Below, piece by piece: positions 9,738 through 22,811 of a DNA stretch of 64,000 nt; the stretch's first letter is position 1; each line of letters opens with the position of its first letter. The position numbers were made by a program, and so were the translations under genes. Source of the stretch: Botryllus schlosseri (lineage: Eukaryota); the NCBI GenBank assembly GCA_051294905.1, contig CM119371.1, forward strand, positions 19,532,001 through 19,596,000, given 5' to 3'. Under the pieces are notes generated by a model. That model had not been told where the DNA came from. It saw only the letters and a list, made by a program, of their open reading frames with translations, and did not search any database.

Positions 9738-12497
9738 TCATGAACTACGATCAAAATATTTACATCCACGATCGCATGAAAAGCTCCGATCACCATATCG
9801 ATGATGATTCTGGCATACCCATTCAGTATTACTGCCACCTCGGGTACCAACGTTGCCGCCCCGATAATATCGCGTACCTCCGCGGTTTGACTCAGCCCCA
9901 TTCCACGACATGGGAGAATGGTTCAAAGAGTTATTGCTATCATCACTTGGTTGGACTTTAACAGCAGCCAATTTCAATTCCGCCATTTGCTTTTCCACAC
10001 TAGCGAGTTGCTTACTCATCGACTCGATCAACTGTGTATGTTCGTCGGATCTAACCGTGCGCTCCGTTTCCTGTTTTTCCACACTTACTTCATTAGTTTG
10101 AATGGAGTTATTACCCTGATTCGCCCCCCCCCCCCATACAGCTCAACCGCGCGCTGACACATAGTATCAAAATCATCTCTATAATGTCCACGTAATGCGA
10201 AAGCGATGTCGGGTCTGCAGTACTGCAAGAACACGTGGCGCTTGAACCCCGACATATACGGTGAATTATCGGTACCCGCAAACTCATTAATCCGCGATCG
10301 CAAATCTCTGGGATCCATACCCGGAACTGCCTCGGCATAAAAGTTATCCAACTTCTGATTAATCGGAACATCAAAACAGTCCAACAAAACCTGTTTAACC
10401 GTCTCCCGCCGGCGTGGGTATTTTTACCCATTGCCGTTAGAGGGAAGCCTACTGTATTAGAACCACTATATATCCCGTTCTAATCGTGCTAGGTCGCTGC
10501 TGTTCATGTCTGCGGATAGATATTGTTTGTGCCAGTTCATTGATACCATATTATTTGATATATATTATATCTAAGACGTCGAAATCGGATATCAAATACC
10601 GTAGATAAATATGTTGCAAAATACACTGTCTCGGCAACACGCGCGTCATTGACCACTCTCAGATAACGTACTGTATGTTTTGTTCTAGCCGTCTTAGAGC
10701 ATAGTTGTTTCTTTCTGTGAAAAGCTAGTGTCCATACAAGTTCACACATATCTTCGTATCTGATATTAGTTACATATAAGGTGTTATAAATCTATGTGAT
10801 AGGCCGCGTAACAAAGATATCCGCCGACAGCATCATTTCGCGGAAACGCGCGTTCCCGATACCCATCATATACCCTGTCGTATATTTGGTTATATTCGTC
10901 ATAGCCAGTTGTTGTAGTTTGTTTCTATGAATAGTGCTTGTCAGCTTCTGATTTTCTTGCTAAAACAACTATACTAGTTATGTCTGCATCGCTCAAGGTT
11001 GCATTTGAAAACCGGGAAGAGAATTCTCGCAGCCTACCGTACCAGCTTCAAGCAGATGGATGAATACTGGTCACAAAACGGGATATGTATCGAGTTCTAA
11101 TAGTGATATACCTTCATAGATTGTGTCTGTGAATAGTTGCTGCTTATACGATTCTAAATAATGGCTAATAGTCAAGTATAATTCGGAATAAATACAATAT
11201 TACTCAGCGCATATACCTACGCAAAAGTGTTCATCTGGATATACAAAGAGCTGTCGTATAACGATATATATCTTTCGTTGTAGTAATGAAAGGCATTTAC
11301 GGATTGCCTCTTTCAATAGAACTAGCCAATCTCCACCTTCAAGGCCAAAATAAACATTAGTTATGCCTATGTCACCCCAAGGCCGCTTCTAAAAATCGTG
11401 AAGAGAATTCCTGCAGACTACCACACTAGTGTCAAACGCAGGGACGAATATCTGTAACATAGTGTGTTATATCCTGAATTTTATCGGTAGTAGACATTCT
11501 TAGATTGTTTCTGTGGAGAGTACATGCCCATAAGATTATATCTACATCAGACTAACATCTAATAGTGATGTATATATCGCAACAAGACCAATTCTACACG
11601 CTGTGTATTCCCCGCAAACGTGTGTATCATGTCTGTATGAAGTGCTACCAACTAACGTCATAAACCTTACGTAGTGGTAAGATATGCGTTTGTGGTTTGT
11701 CCTTATGGTTAGGTCTTGACAATCTCCGTTTATCAATACTAAAGTGACCCATTTACGTGCTCAATAAGCTTTGTAAATGCCCTGGAAGGCTACGCTACCT
11801 AATAAATACACGCGCGTCACTCGCTCACTCGCCGATGACTCATTCACTCTGCGGTCTGGCGCGTGTTTATTGTGCAAACCGTCAGTATTGTATCTATCGG
11901 ATAATGGCGATATTAGGGCGTATTAGATTGACTGAGCCATCTCCATGATCATGATTTCCTCGCCGATATGATTCACAAGAAGCCTATGTCACCAGATATC
12001 CATGTTAAGGTTTATAAAGAGTACAGTAAATGTAATACGTTTCTCATCAACGAATTCTCGGCTTGCTCTTGATATAAGTGGCCAGACACAGTGCTCGAAA
12101 TGGTTTGAGTGGCGCAATCGGACGCGCGCTGAAGTTCTGAATCGAACGACACCTTGTTTGACGTGTTCCAATCCCATTAAGGTACAGTTTTTCGACTTTG
12201 AAAATTGAAGTAAAATTTTTCGAAAATTGCAGCTGGCGCCAATCGGTTCAAGTCGTAGCAATTTGCAATGCTTGGGCAGGGAACACTTCCGTCAATAGCG
12301 GCGATGTGTGCGTCAGACAAGTTCTCTAACAAAATGAGATATTTAGCTTTCTGCGACTGTACATTTTTGCCTTCAAATAGGTGTTCTAACATCATGAAAT
12401 ACCGTGCCGGGTCATTTTCGTTAAAAGGCCGATTGATAGTGGTCTCGCGAGAGGTGAATCTGTCCAGAGGTTCGTTGTCACTACTTTCCACTTCCAT
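9738..12497 (-). pseudogene. gag: Gypsy gag, split by a 1.85-kb insertion and a frameshift in a G12 run (~10124-10135)
   Basis: N-terminal PFNENDPARYFMMLEHLF (12497-12251) rejoins in frame with KQVLLDCFDVP (from ~10397) once the insert is removed; C-terminal CQNHHRYGDRSFSCDRGC knuckle. Confidence 0.8.
10399..12246. mobile_element. Non-autonomous piggyBac-like DNA element nested in Gypsy gag
   Basis: Flanked by TTAA (10395-10398) and TTCA (12247-12250); imperfect TIRs CCGTCTCCCGCCGGC / CCGATTGGCGCCAGC; no transposase ORF; removal restores the gag frame. Confidence 0.7.
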
Positions 12498-13061
12498 TTA
12501 TAACAGTGAATAGCAATTGCTCATGCGAGAATTGAAAATGATTACCTTTTCGTTGCCCGTACACGCAAATGTCGTACTGCACACAGACGAATATTCAGAC
12601 TTTATCTCGAAATAATGGCTATATCACTGAGAAAACAAAATTCAATGAACAATACGGAATTCACACAAACTTACTAGCAATTTCTAATTATAATTAACCT
12701 GTTCAACATACATGAAAACTTCCCAAACAACACAATTTTACCACATAGCTCGATACTCTGACATGACTAAACAATTAATTCTGATATTTATGCAGTTCAA
12801 TACACACTCCACCACCGTATCTGAAACCAAAATACAATGGAAATCCCTGTCCGGGAAAGCTACTTAACTTCAAAATATGTTACAATCCTTCGTCTGTTCT
12901 GAGTAGGCGCTGTTCGTTGTCGTTTCTTCTGCGAGAACGTCGCGATGACTTTTGTTTCCGTCGTCGCTGTATTGCTGATTGATCTTTCTCGCCGTTGTGT
13001 AACGCAAATCTTTATATTGATCGTTTTCGGTCGGTCGGCCGGCCGGTCTTGATTAATTGAG

Positions 13062-13074
13062 CGTCGGGGTCACC
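13062..13074 (-). promoter_or_regulatory. Primer-binding site complementary to the tRNA-Trp 3' end
   Basis: GGTGACCCCGACG directly after the 5' LTR; eukaryotic tRNA-Trp ends ...CGUCGGGGUCACCA. Confidence 0.8.
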
Positions 13075-13076
13075 CA

Positions 13077-13535
13077 TATAACGCAGAGCGAATGTTTGTA
13101 GTTGTTATAATTGTATATCTGACTCCAGAAGGTTGCGTTTACAATTCGCTGCGTGTTCTTCTTTCGTTCGACGGACCGACGTAACCGGGACGTACGGCCT
13201 TGTTGGCTGACGTACCACGAAGCCTGTCTATTGCACACGTATTCGTTGGATCACACTGACGAATATATTTTGTTTCCGTCTCCACGACTTGTAACTTTAT
13301 TGAATCACGTACGGCAATGCCACGGACTTCCGAATCAGCGAAATATCATGAATGAATGACCGTCTCTCATGGCCACGAGAGAGTACATGCACAAATTGTT
13401 GTCTACGTTCACACGACAAAATATACGACTCACAAAGGTCTTATCAGGTTTCAGTTCAGGGAATTACGTAATAAGGTTTACCAACTCCTTATCGAATAAT
13501 ATTTAAATGGTGTTATACCAATATACTCCGGTAAA
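13077..13535 (-). repeat. Gypsy 5' LTR (459 bp)
   Basis: Direct repeat of 4761-5216, followed on the minus strand by the PBS. Confidence 0.95.
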
Positions 13536-14269
13536 ATTGACATAATTCGGATCACGAGTGTGATTTCAGAATGGCCATTCCAGTTTTAATTATTCTAGTG
13601 ATGTGCTTATAAAAAACGATTCGCGCGTGTCTTAGGTATATTCGATCTCATGCGTAGAATTATGGTATTTAAATTTTATCTACAAATAGTAGAAGCGTGT
13701 TTAAAGCTAACATGGTTATAATGCTGTCAGCAATGTGTCTCCTGGAACTGAACCAAAAGTGGAATTATTAAATCTATGACGAGATCGCTGCTCACAGATT
13801 TAAATTTCAATCCTGTTCTAAGAATCGGGACAACCGACTTTCATCTCTATAGTTTTGACAAATTGGTCATTGCGGTCGACCAGCCTATGAAATCTCGCCA
13901 CTTTTCCTGACGCGTTTACGATATCATCAACGCAATATTTGATTTCTTTTAAATAAACATATATATTATCTCCATGTCCTCACTATAGTAAAGTACCAAT
14001 AATGCATTTTGGTTTATAATCCCGATTTTATATAGTACGGCCCGCGAATGGATTCAGATTTTGAATGCGGCCCGCGAGCCCAAAAGTTTGCCCACCCCTG
14101 ACTTAGATAGAGAGCTAAATATTAAGGTCATAGTTTATTCGATTAGGCCAGGATCAGGCCCTGGCCAGCATTAAACTCGATGTATGCTTCAATCACGAAA
14201 GTAGAATTGTCTATGAACCATTGAAAAACCTTCAAATAATATCTGACAACACTGTAACGTGTATGGCAA

Positions 14270-15050
14270 CCAGGGTTTCTCTATATATAGACTTTGCCGA
14301 AGCTTAGACTGCTATAGGCATTGTCAAATGAGATGATGTCCCAGATCCCAAAGGCGAATGTGATCCCTGTCTCATTGCGTGGCGATATTTATGCTCCAGA
14401 GTCACGGGATGAAGCAATTAATCCTTGATAGTAACAAAATACCTCACTCGTTTAATGATCGAAAATGCTTCTCTATAATCGCCATATGGCAAGGTCAAGA
14501 GATAATTGTATCGGATTGAAGGACATCTTTATTTGGATAATCACAGGGTTGAACATGTGACACACACGGCTATGACAAAGTCTGCGTTTTTGCGAAAAAT
14601 ATAATTCATACAGTAAGCAGCATCCATTCCTACAGTGTAGCGAATATTGATATTCAAATACAAATAGAAACACTGTTACGGTTTTCTACTAAAGTGTGAT
14701 CAAAGCTAGCTCTTTTGAAGGCATGCTGAAGCATAGTTAAGGAAAAGTGTGAATAGGGAGGCCAAGGTCCACAATTGTGTATATTAGCAGTAAGTTCTCA
14801 ATTGAATGGTTTGTAAAAAGTAGATATAGGTAAATCCAGATTTCCCTACAATTAGATCATGATTCCTCCCTGGCGTTACTATCTATAGATGTTCACGGTG
14901 TTCGACCACTTGTTGTATATGCATACGGTTTTAATTGAATTGATTGACAGTCTTGATAGTCAAATTCTGTAATTACCCGGGATCTCAACGCATTAATCAT
15001 TTCCCAGTCGCAAACAATTGAATATCGCGAACAGTACATATTTGAATATT
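14270..15050 (-). pseudogene. Decayed alpha-1,6-fucosyltransferase (FUT8/GT23)-like C-terminal relic
   Basis: Broken frames give ADFVI.VC, then YYQGLIA..ISPRNETGITFAFGIWDII..S.G, in the order of FUT8 ADFLVCT..YYFGG..PRTADEIPMEPGDII; many stops; similarity judged by eye. Confidence 0.4.
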
Positions 15051-16849
15051 GCGAAGGCGCCTGAGCGATTTAAAACATATTAAATATCTTTTGAGTAACA
15101 TAGCTACCAATTAGCTAAGGCCGATATTCATGCGTTGTGACGTGTCATGTAGGGCTACCCTATTTTGGAAACCGGAAAGGAGGACACATTTTTAAAATCC
15201 TAAAGTTAATTTACCGAAACTGAAAATAGCTGATTTTAACTTATTCACTGGAAATCTTGTTGTGCTGACTGAAAAATAAAAAAGGCCATCACTTCAACTC
15301 GGCTCCCGAATCCCGCGTTATTTACGCTACGTTTGTGGTGTTGATTTAAACAAGGGTTAGCGTTCTGAGTCGTCTCCGGAAAAACGCGTTTGACGCGACT
15401 GCATTACCTATTTCTTGTCCTTTATACCGATTTCCAGTTGACTCTGTACATTAGCATCGCTTTTAAATCTGTAAAGGAGTAGGAATTGCTCAGAAGGAGG
15501 ACGTTTTCAATTTCTTTAAAAAATACGACAAATGATCCTATGCTGCCTTCTTGGCCTCCGACGACTATAGACTAAAAGTACGAGTGTCTTTAAGCTGGGA
15601 TTAAGAAGTTATAAAGCAGTGGCTGGCGGCATTCACGAACAAGTTTATTGTCTAGTTTATTCGCAGTCAAATCACGAAGACAATGACAGCAATCACAATG
15701 GTAAGATATGATCATTGATGATTCAACATCAACCTGTAGGTTACTATTATCGTGCTACTGGTAGTAAAACTGCAGACTGTACGCAAGTCATAAATAGAAG
15801 AACTGTGAAGTTCATTTTTACGACCTCCATTATCTCGTCTATTTCATCCATTGACTGGAATAGAATAAAATAATAGCTGTACAACCAGGGGCGTAGCAAA
15901 CATGACAATTCCAAGGGGGGAAGTGACTCGTGATGTGACGCAGACAGAAAAAGAGACGGGAAATGTCCAAAACATAATTTAAATCAATTTGCAAACGCCA
16001 CACGGCCCAACGAAATCTATATAGGGACCACGTCCTACATCTTTTACCGATAGGTCTACGTTTGTAATTGCATATCATGGACATTGGACATGTAAGTGGG
16101 AACAGTATTGCACCATATCCTTTTTCAACTCTCCGAGTTTTCGTATTTGATCGTATATTTTGGCTGATAATTATAGACTGGGGCTATAGCTCTACTTGCA
16201 TAGTTGAGCACTTCTACGTATGCGTGACGTATACAGCGCCCTTTTGCGTGTTTAATCAACTCTTTATTTGTTCCGCGATTCAAAATAAATGGGGACTCCG
16301 TCTGTATTTAAAACAGTTAGCATGATGCAATGACTTTGAATCATTCCTCGTACTTCGAAAACTCAACTTGACTCGAATAGTGACTTGACTCGTCATTTGA
16401 TTTGACTCGACTCGACTTGACTCGAGTCGCCTCCAAAAATTAAGTGACTTGACTTGACTCGAATCACTTTTGGAAATTGAGCGACTGGTCTTGACTCGAG
16501 TCAAAATGCAATGACTCGAGATGATTTGTGACTCGAAGGTATATTGACTTGATCCCAACACGGGTACCGCGTCAGAAAGTCCCTGTATCTTCGAAACTGA
16601 ATATCTTTTCGTTGGCTGTACCTATTCGTAGTGTCGCGGATTATCGAGTTATTAGCAAATATATATATATATATATTGCGACTTCGAAAGAAGTCAAATT
16701 TGATTTAACTGCCAATATTATGTGACTCCTCGACCACTTGAACGTTTGAGACTGCTTCCTTGAGTGCTTTTCAGCCTTTGATTTTCTACTTCTAATTGAA
16801 GTACAGTTTATATGTTTTGCTATTTCTAATTGTACCATGCAGGCCTGCA

Positions 16850-17075
16850 CGAGTGGGAATTCACAGCACTGCGACCACTTCCCGTAGCCCATTACCCATT
16901 TTGAGTAAATGACCCCTATTCTATGGAGAATGTACCTTCACCGGGATTATTTCTCTCTGGAGCCTAGAAACGTTCAACACTTCGGTAGGAATTCTGGGGT
17001 TGACCTCGGTCGGACTCGACCCCACAACCCATTGGTGTTGTAGCTGTGGATCATACCACTACGCTATCTGGTCAC
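16850..17075 (-). mobile_element. tRNA-derived SINE fragment
   Basis: Head GTGACCAGATAGCGTAGTGGT...GGGTCGAGTCCGACC with A/B-box-like motifs; homologous to 41934-42210. Confidence 0.65.
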
Positions 17076-17643
17076 TATAGAATCATTGTTTCTAGTTCCC
17101 CATGTTAGGTTTCTTTTATCCCTGTTCACACTACTAACATCGTTTTAGAGCCTTTCTAAAGTATCGCATTTCAAATGGCTTCATGACGCGCTTTGGCGGT
17201 AATCTCGCGTCCCTGTTCTCTCTTCATTACAACATCAAATCGAAGCAATATCAGACGAATCTGGACAACGGTCCTCCCATTTCAATCAAGTGGGAGGTTG
17301 GAAGTAACCAGGAATTGATGAACCAGTACGGATCAAGCATTAGAGGCAAAGTAGACGCTGGATATATCCAGGTAATATTGCATGTCTGCGTTGTGTCTGA
17401 TTGTTTTAGTGAACAGTGATATACATAACACGTATATCATCATCATCATCAAGTGATCATTGTCTGATATGGCTTAAGTACGTAGAAGTGATGCTGTACA
17501 TTCCCAGTCAATTACAGGTAGAAGTAGCCATTTCCACGACCCGTCTAATTTACATAAGGTGAAAGTTTAAAAAAAATAATGTTTTAACAGTACTGAAGTA
17601 GTTTCAATTAGTAAATATATTCGATTGGTCGCATGCTTTAAAC

Positions 17644-18316
17644 CAGAGGTCGCGGAACTCAAAACGGTTCGCGGGCCAATTTTCTAATTTCGTGAATACC
17701 GCTGACCGCATGAATTCAATATCGCGATAAGATAGACCACAGAGTTTAACAACCACGTTTTCGAAACTTTATAGTCAGTACGATGTTTTGCTCTCTAACA
17801 TGGACGACTGGCCTAGTTTCTGCAAAAGAAATAATTATATTCTCAAATATAACAAAGATATCATGATCACCACTTTTATTATATTATGAACTATGAGCAG
17901 AGCACCCGACAACACTTTTAGGCGACTAAAGAATCGATATAGGGGTTAGCTATACACGGTATTTGCAGGAAAACTAACTCTTCTTAAAAGTTGCTCTAGT
18001 TGGGAAGCCCCAAGTCGTTTTCTGAGCGTCTTGGTCTTGGCCGCATCTGGGCCATCGCAGGTGAAGACATTATATGCCCATTCATATCAGTTAATTCTTC
18101 CTTCATGCTATTACCATCGCCGAAGCCGTATTAGCTAGTGAGGTATAGTGATATTGCACACAGGAGAATGGCTTGTTTTTAATATCAACAACAATATTTT
18201 GAAACTGAAATAAATTTCAGCATTTTAAAATGCTGTAACAAGAGTTGTTCCCGTATCTCAAATCAGTTCGCAGGCCGCAAAACATCACCCCGCGGGCCGC
18301 GTGTCGGTGACCCCAG
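17644..18316. mobile_element. hAT-type MITE
   Basis: Degenerate CAG(A/G)GGTC TIRs, GCGGCC subterminal motifs, perfect 8-bp TSD CTTTAAAC. Confidence 0.75.
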
Positions 18317-19582
18317 CTTTAAACATTTAATCGGAGGTGGTTTCGGTGCATTTGCTCGACCAACGCAATAATAAACGACATTCGAAATAGGTGTATTCTC
18401 TAAAATGTATTCTGTTACCGTGATGCAGGGGCCATTGCGCGCAGGTTTATGACAATTTCACTCGTGATGGGGATGCCAACATCTGTCAATATTATAATTT
18501 CTACTTTACAAAGTCATGTACCTACAATCCCCACAATACGCATATCGCGTACTGTGGCACAGTTACTTAGATAGTGAATATAATTCGTTACGACGCAATC
18601 AATGAGCCAACATAGCTAATACTTGGGATGTAGTACTGGGCAACGAGGTTCACAAATATGACGTTACCAGAGTCAATAACTATGATATATCGCACTATAT
18701 ATTTCCAGATTATGTCATATTCCTTATTATTCCAAAGAGAATAGTGATAGTCATCGTCCTTTTACAACTTAATCTATTATATATGCAATATATTGGATCA
18801 CACAAATGCAGTAACCCCCATGTCTGGATGTTACATTATTTCCGTCATTTATCACTACGACCACCAAACTTGCACCCTCAGTTAACATATCATTATTTGG
18901 TAATGTTTAATCACACACGTCTGCGTTATAGTTCCGGGCGGTCAATTACCAGCGAGACGCATTCGCCATGTGCCCAAGAGTAAAGATCAAAGCGGGGAAG
19001 GGCGATATCGAACACGCGTGTATCGGGAGCACCAGCAATTCCCCAACCCTAACACACTGCGGCGATTTTGCGTGGAGAGATATCGATGATCAGAGATGGA
19101 TTGCTTACCGGCTGAATCAGAGGATGATTGATTCTGTTGTGATGATATTTTACAGATGATTTCTTAAGCCGCCCGATCGCAGAAGAACATTGCTTTTCCG
19201 AATGAATGTTTTGCATGAATGTTCTTGTGGAAATAATACAATCATTACACTTGTGTCGAAAGGACGTCATGAAATTAACGTTTAGTGTCGCGTTGAGCTG
19301 CAAATTCCGTTCGATTTGATTCTAGTGTCACCTATATATCGTATTCCATGTGGAGGGACGATGGTATTTACTGGAGTGATTTCTGCGGTTACCGAGTACT
19401 GACTTTACTTTCGATCAATTATCATATGGTCGAAAAAAGAAAAGATGTGTCATACCTAATAAACCTATGGTTACGGTGATATATATAACGCTTATGATTA
19501 TCATCACACTTAACAAGTCATTTATTGGTTATCTTGAAACATCATGTATACGCCAGTTTCGCTCGTTCAATCACGTAAGGAG

Positions 19583-20115
19583 CAGTGATGAGCGTACTGT
19601 GCTTTTCGAGACTCCGTATCCCTCCGACAACTTCAGTGTCTGAGGAAAACTCCCTCCGACTCCGAAGAGCTCAATCCCAGACTCCGAGATACTCCGATGA
19701 ATCTCGTCAAGTATCCGAAACATCGGACACTACAGACACTGCTCAACAAAAATGCCTTGCTAGATCACTAGGTTAAGGTAGCTCGTGGTCAATCATACCA
19801 TTTTAACCATATCATTAGAGTGGCAAGCATGGTACACTTGGTAATGTGTTTTACTAAATAAATGTGATAAGATGGTTGGCCTTATAGTATTGTCGACTCT
19901 CCTCAATTGCAGTGCAGATGGCAGACTTTTATGCTCTTGGCAATCTTTTATGCATGTTACCTCTCATATTACAACTTTACAAGGACAAAAGTTACAACAC
20001 TCCGAAAATCTCCAAAAAAATATTTGTAGTAAACTCCGACTCCACTCCGACTGTCACAAAATCAGCCAAACTCCGCTCCGAATAAACTACGACTCCGCCC
20101 CGATGCTCATCACTG
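19583..20115. mobile_element. hAT-type MITE with ACTCCG subterminal repeats
   Basis: TIR CAGTGATGAGC; perfect 8-bp TSD GTAAGGAG. Confidence 0.85.
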
Positions 20116-20750
20116 GTAAGGAGTTAAGACCAGACCAGAGAAAGGCAATACAGACACGCGTGTATCGGGATCACCAGCAATTCCCCGACTCCAATTCATT
20201 GAGGCAATCATGCGTGTATGGATATAGAATATAGGTGATAAGAGATGGATCTCTTACCGGCTGAGTCAGAGATGGATTGATTCTGTTTTGATGATATTCT
20301 ACGGACGATTTCTTAACCTGCCTGATTTCAGTGAAGCACCATTTGTGCGAATGAAATCTTTGAATGAATATTTTGGTGCAGCAATCCAATCATTTCACTT
20401 GTGTCGGCAAGATGTCATGTAATTAAAGTTTACGGCGGCGTTCAGCTACAAATTATGTTGGTTTTGAATATATGCATGCACCCAACCTAACGTATTCTAT
20501 TTGCCAAGGCCAGTGTATTTGCAGGCGTGATTACTGTTGCGACCTAATGTTGACTATGATGACGAAATGTGATATCGGAATAGAAAGGAGGTGTCATATC
20601 CGATAAACTTATGCAAATTGATCACGTCGCGTATCAGTTATGAATCTTTGAATTATTAAACTGGCACAATCAAAATGGGTAATGACACTACGTGTAGATG
20701 CAAATCTCGAAAATATTCAGCTGTCATGATTCATGTGCCAGATTTTAAGA

Positions 20751-21902
20751 CAGGGGTGGGCAAACTTTTGAGCTCGAGGGCCGCATTCAACATCTGAATC
20801 CATTCGCGGAACGCACTATATAAAATGGGATAAACCAAAACGCAATATTGGTATTTGATTATATATAGTTAGGGCATGGAGATATTATATGTACCTATTT
20901 AAAACAAACCAAACATTGCTTTGATGATATGGTACACGCGTCAGAAAGATAGTGGCGAGATTGTATAGGCTGGTCGATCTCAGTAACCAATTTGTCAAAA
21001 CTATAGAGATGAAAGTCGGTTGTCTCGATTCTTCGAACAGGATTGAAGTTTAAATCTGTGAGCAGCGATCTGTTCATAGATTTACTAATTTCACTTTTGG
21101 TTCAGTTCCAGGACACACAATGCTCACAGAATCATAACCATGTTAGCTTCAAACACGCTTCTACTATATGTGTAGATAAAATATAAATGCCCCAATTCTA
21201 CGCGTACAGAGAACGAATCTACCTAAGACACGTGCGAATCGGTTTTTATGAACACATCACTGAAATAATTAAAACTGGATCGAGTGGCCAATTTGAAATC
21301 CCACTCGTGATCCGAATTATGTCAATCTCGTTTAGGATTTCTGTGATGTTTAGCAGTTGAAACCTTTAAAACTATGTGGGCCGTGAGATCGGGCTGTCGC
21401 GCCAGAAATTAAACATAAAACATAATATAGGAAGTATTTACCTTAGAACAGTAGTTCTAAAACTTTTTAAGACACGCCTTACGATAGTGAAAGATTTCGC
21501 GCTCCCTTACCGTCATATCACAAAACGCAACCAGGTTGCTAGCAAACTTAACGGATAGTTTGATGGCATAAAAGGTTACGACTACATATGAGAGATTTCA
21601 AAATGTGAAATTCAGACTAAATACAGAGCAACAAATATGAGATTTTTGGTAAATCCCGCATAGCGCGAAAATTGTTTTCAGTTGAGCTCAGCTTTGCGCC
21701 CCACTTCTGATGGTTTCACGCCCCCAGTTTGAGAATCGCTGTATTAGAATTATCATGGTGAAATATACCAAGAAATAGTTTAATCAAGTACGTGCATTAT
21801 TGCGATTTTTAGTACGCATTTTATCAATATTTAAAAAAAGTTTCTTTAGACTCCCGCGGGCCGTACAGAACGGTGTTGCGAGCCGTAGTTTGCCCGCCCC
21901 TG
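20751..21902. mobile_element. Non-autonomous hAT element, same family as 4229-14100, inverted and without the Gypsy
   Basis: TIR CAGGGG(T/C)GGGCAAAC; 8-bp TSD TTTTAAGA; internal sequence is the reverse complement of 4229-4760 plus 13541-14100. Confidence 0.9.
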
Positions 21903-22811
21903 TTTTAAGACGTTATACCTCCTTTCAGACCAGCTCTGCCTAACAGCAACTTTAACCTAACTCTAATCGGGATTTGAGTAACCTGATATTCGTAACCATA
22001 TAATACCTCCTAATAATATACCTTGTCCGAATTTACTGGTGACCAGAGTTGGCCAATACCGATATCTTTACGGAGACAGATGTCGTTAGGGCCAGCACCT
22101 ACGCGACAAACTGATTTCGCACCCAGAGCTGATGGCATCAGCTCTCCAATTAGCTGGAGGTGGTAATGCACAGCAGTCGGAGTTGATGCAGTTGCGATTC
22201 CCAAGAAATGTCAGAACTTGAAAGGCATGGAAAGCATCCACGTTGGTAATTTCAAACGGCAGATTAGGTGGCAGTGAGGTCGTGAACCTTTGGCAGTCAA
22301 TCTGAGTTAGATACTTCCAAAAGGAACGATAGATCTTTGTGACCAACGCAGAATGACTAATGAAGCGACCAGTTCATAGAATCTCTAATATATTTTCATT
22401 TACCGAGATACAGGGTTGATTTAAGGCAGTGTTTATAAGAATTGGACTTATAAACGTGATGGAAAATCATCCTCACATTACTTCCAACTTTCTAAAAACA
22501 AAATTGTTGAATGCTAATATTTTCCCTAACAACGGGTTCAAATAGGAGTGATAGTAGTCCAAAAACATTGCCATTGGGCTCACAGTACAGGTGGACAAGT
22601 CCTACTCGGGTATGCTGTAAAAGAAGGAGTATATGCTTCGTTACATGATATGTAGCAGTCGCGTGACCCCATTAAGCCGGTACAGACATCACACATAATA
22701 CAATGGTCTGTTTTCTTTACTGAAATAACGAGCATCCTTGATTCGTTGCAAAGCGGAAAATACAATTCAACGTTAAATCTGGGTTCGTGCTCGATTCCCG
22801 ATGAGCTGATA

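Larger units (their letters stand above)
4761..13535 (-). mobile_element. Full-length Ty3/Gypsy LTR retrotransposon (defective copy)
   Basis: Two LTRs; 5-bp TSD ATTGA (4756-4760, 13536-13540) confirmed by the empty site near 21320; PBS, PPT, and gag-PR-RT-RH-IN order. Confidence 0.97.
4229..14100. mobile_element. Non-autonomous hAT element (~1.1 kb of its own) interrupted by the Gypsy element
   Basis: TIR CAGGGGTGGGCAAAC at both ends; perfect 8-bp TSD ACTTAGAT (4221-4228, 14101-14108); uninterrupted inverted family member at 20751-21902; empty site in the G3 upstream region (~32711). Confidence 0.9.

Noticed and set aside
10124..10135. G12 run as a programmed frameshift in gag
   Set aside because: Homopolymer slippage or sequencing error is simpler; it falls mid-gag, not at the gag-pol junction
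21915..22600. Possible LINE 3' fragment on the minus strand
   Set aside because: Only faint similarity and no RT motif; not supportable by eye
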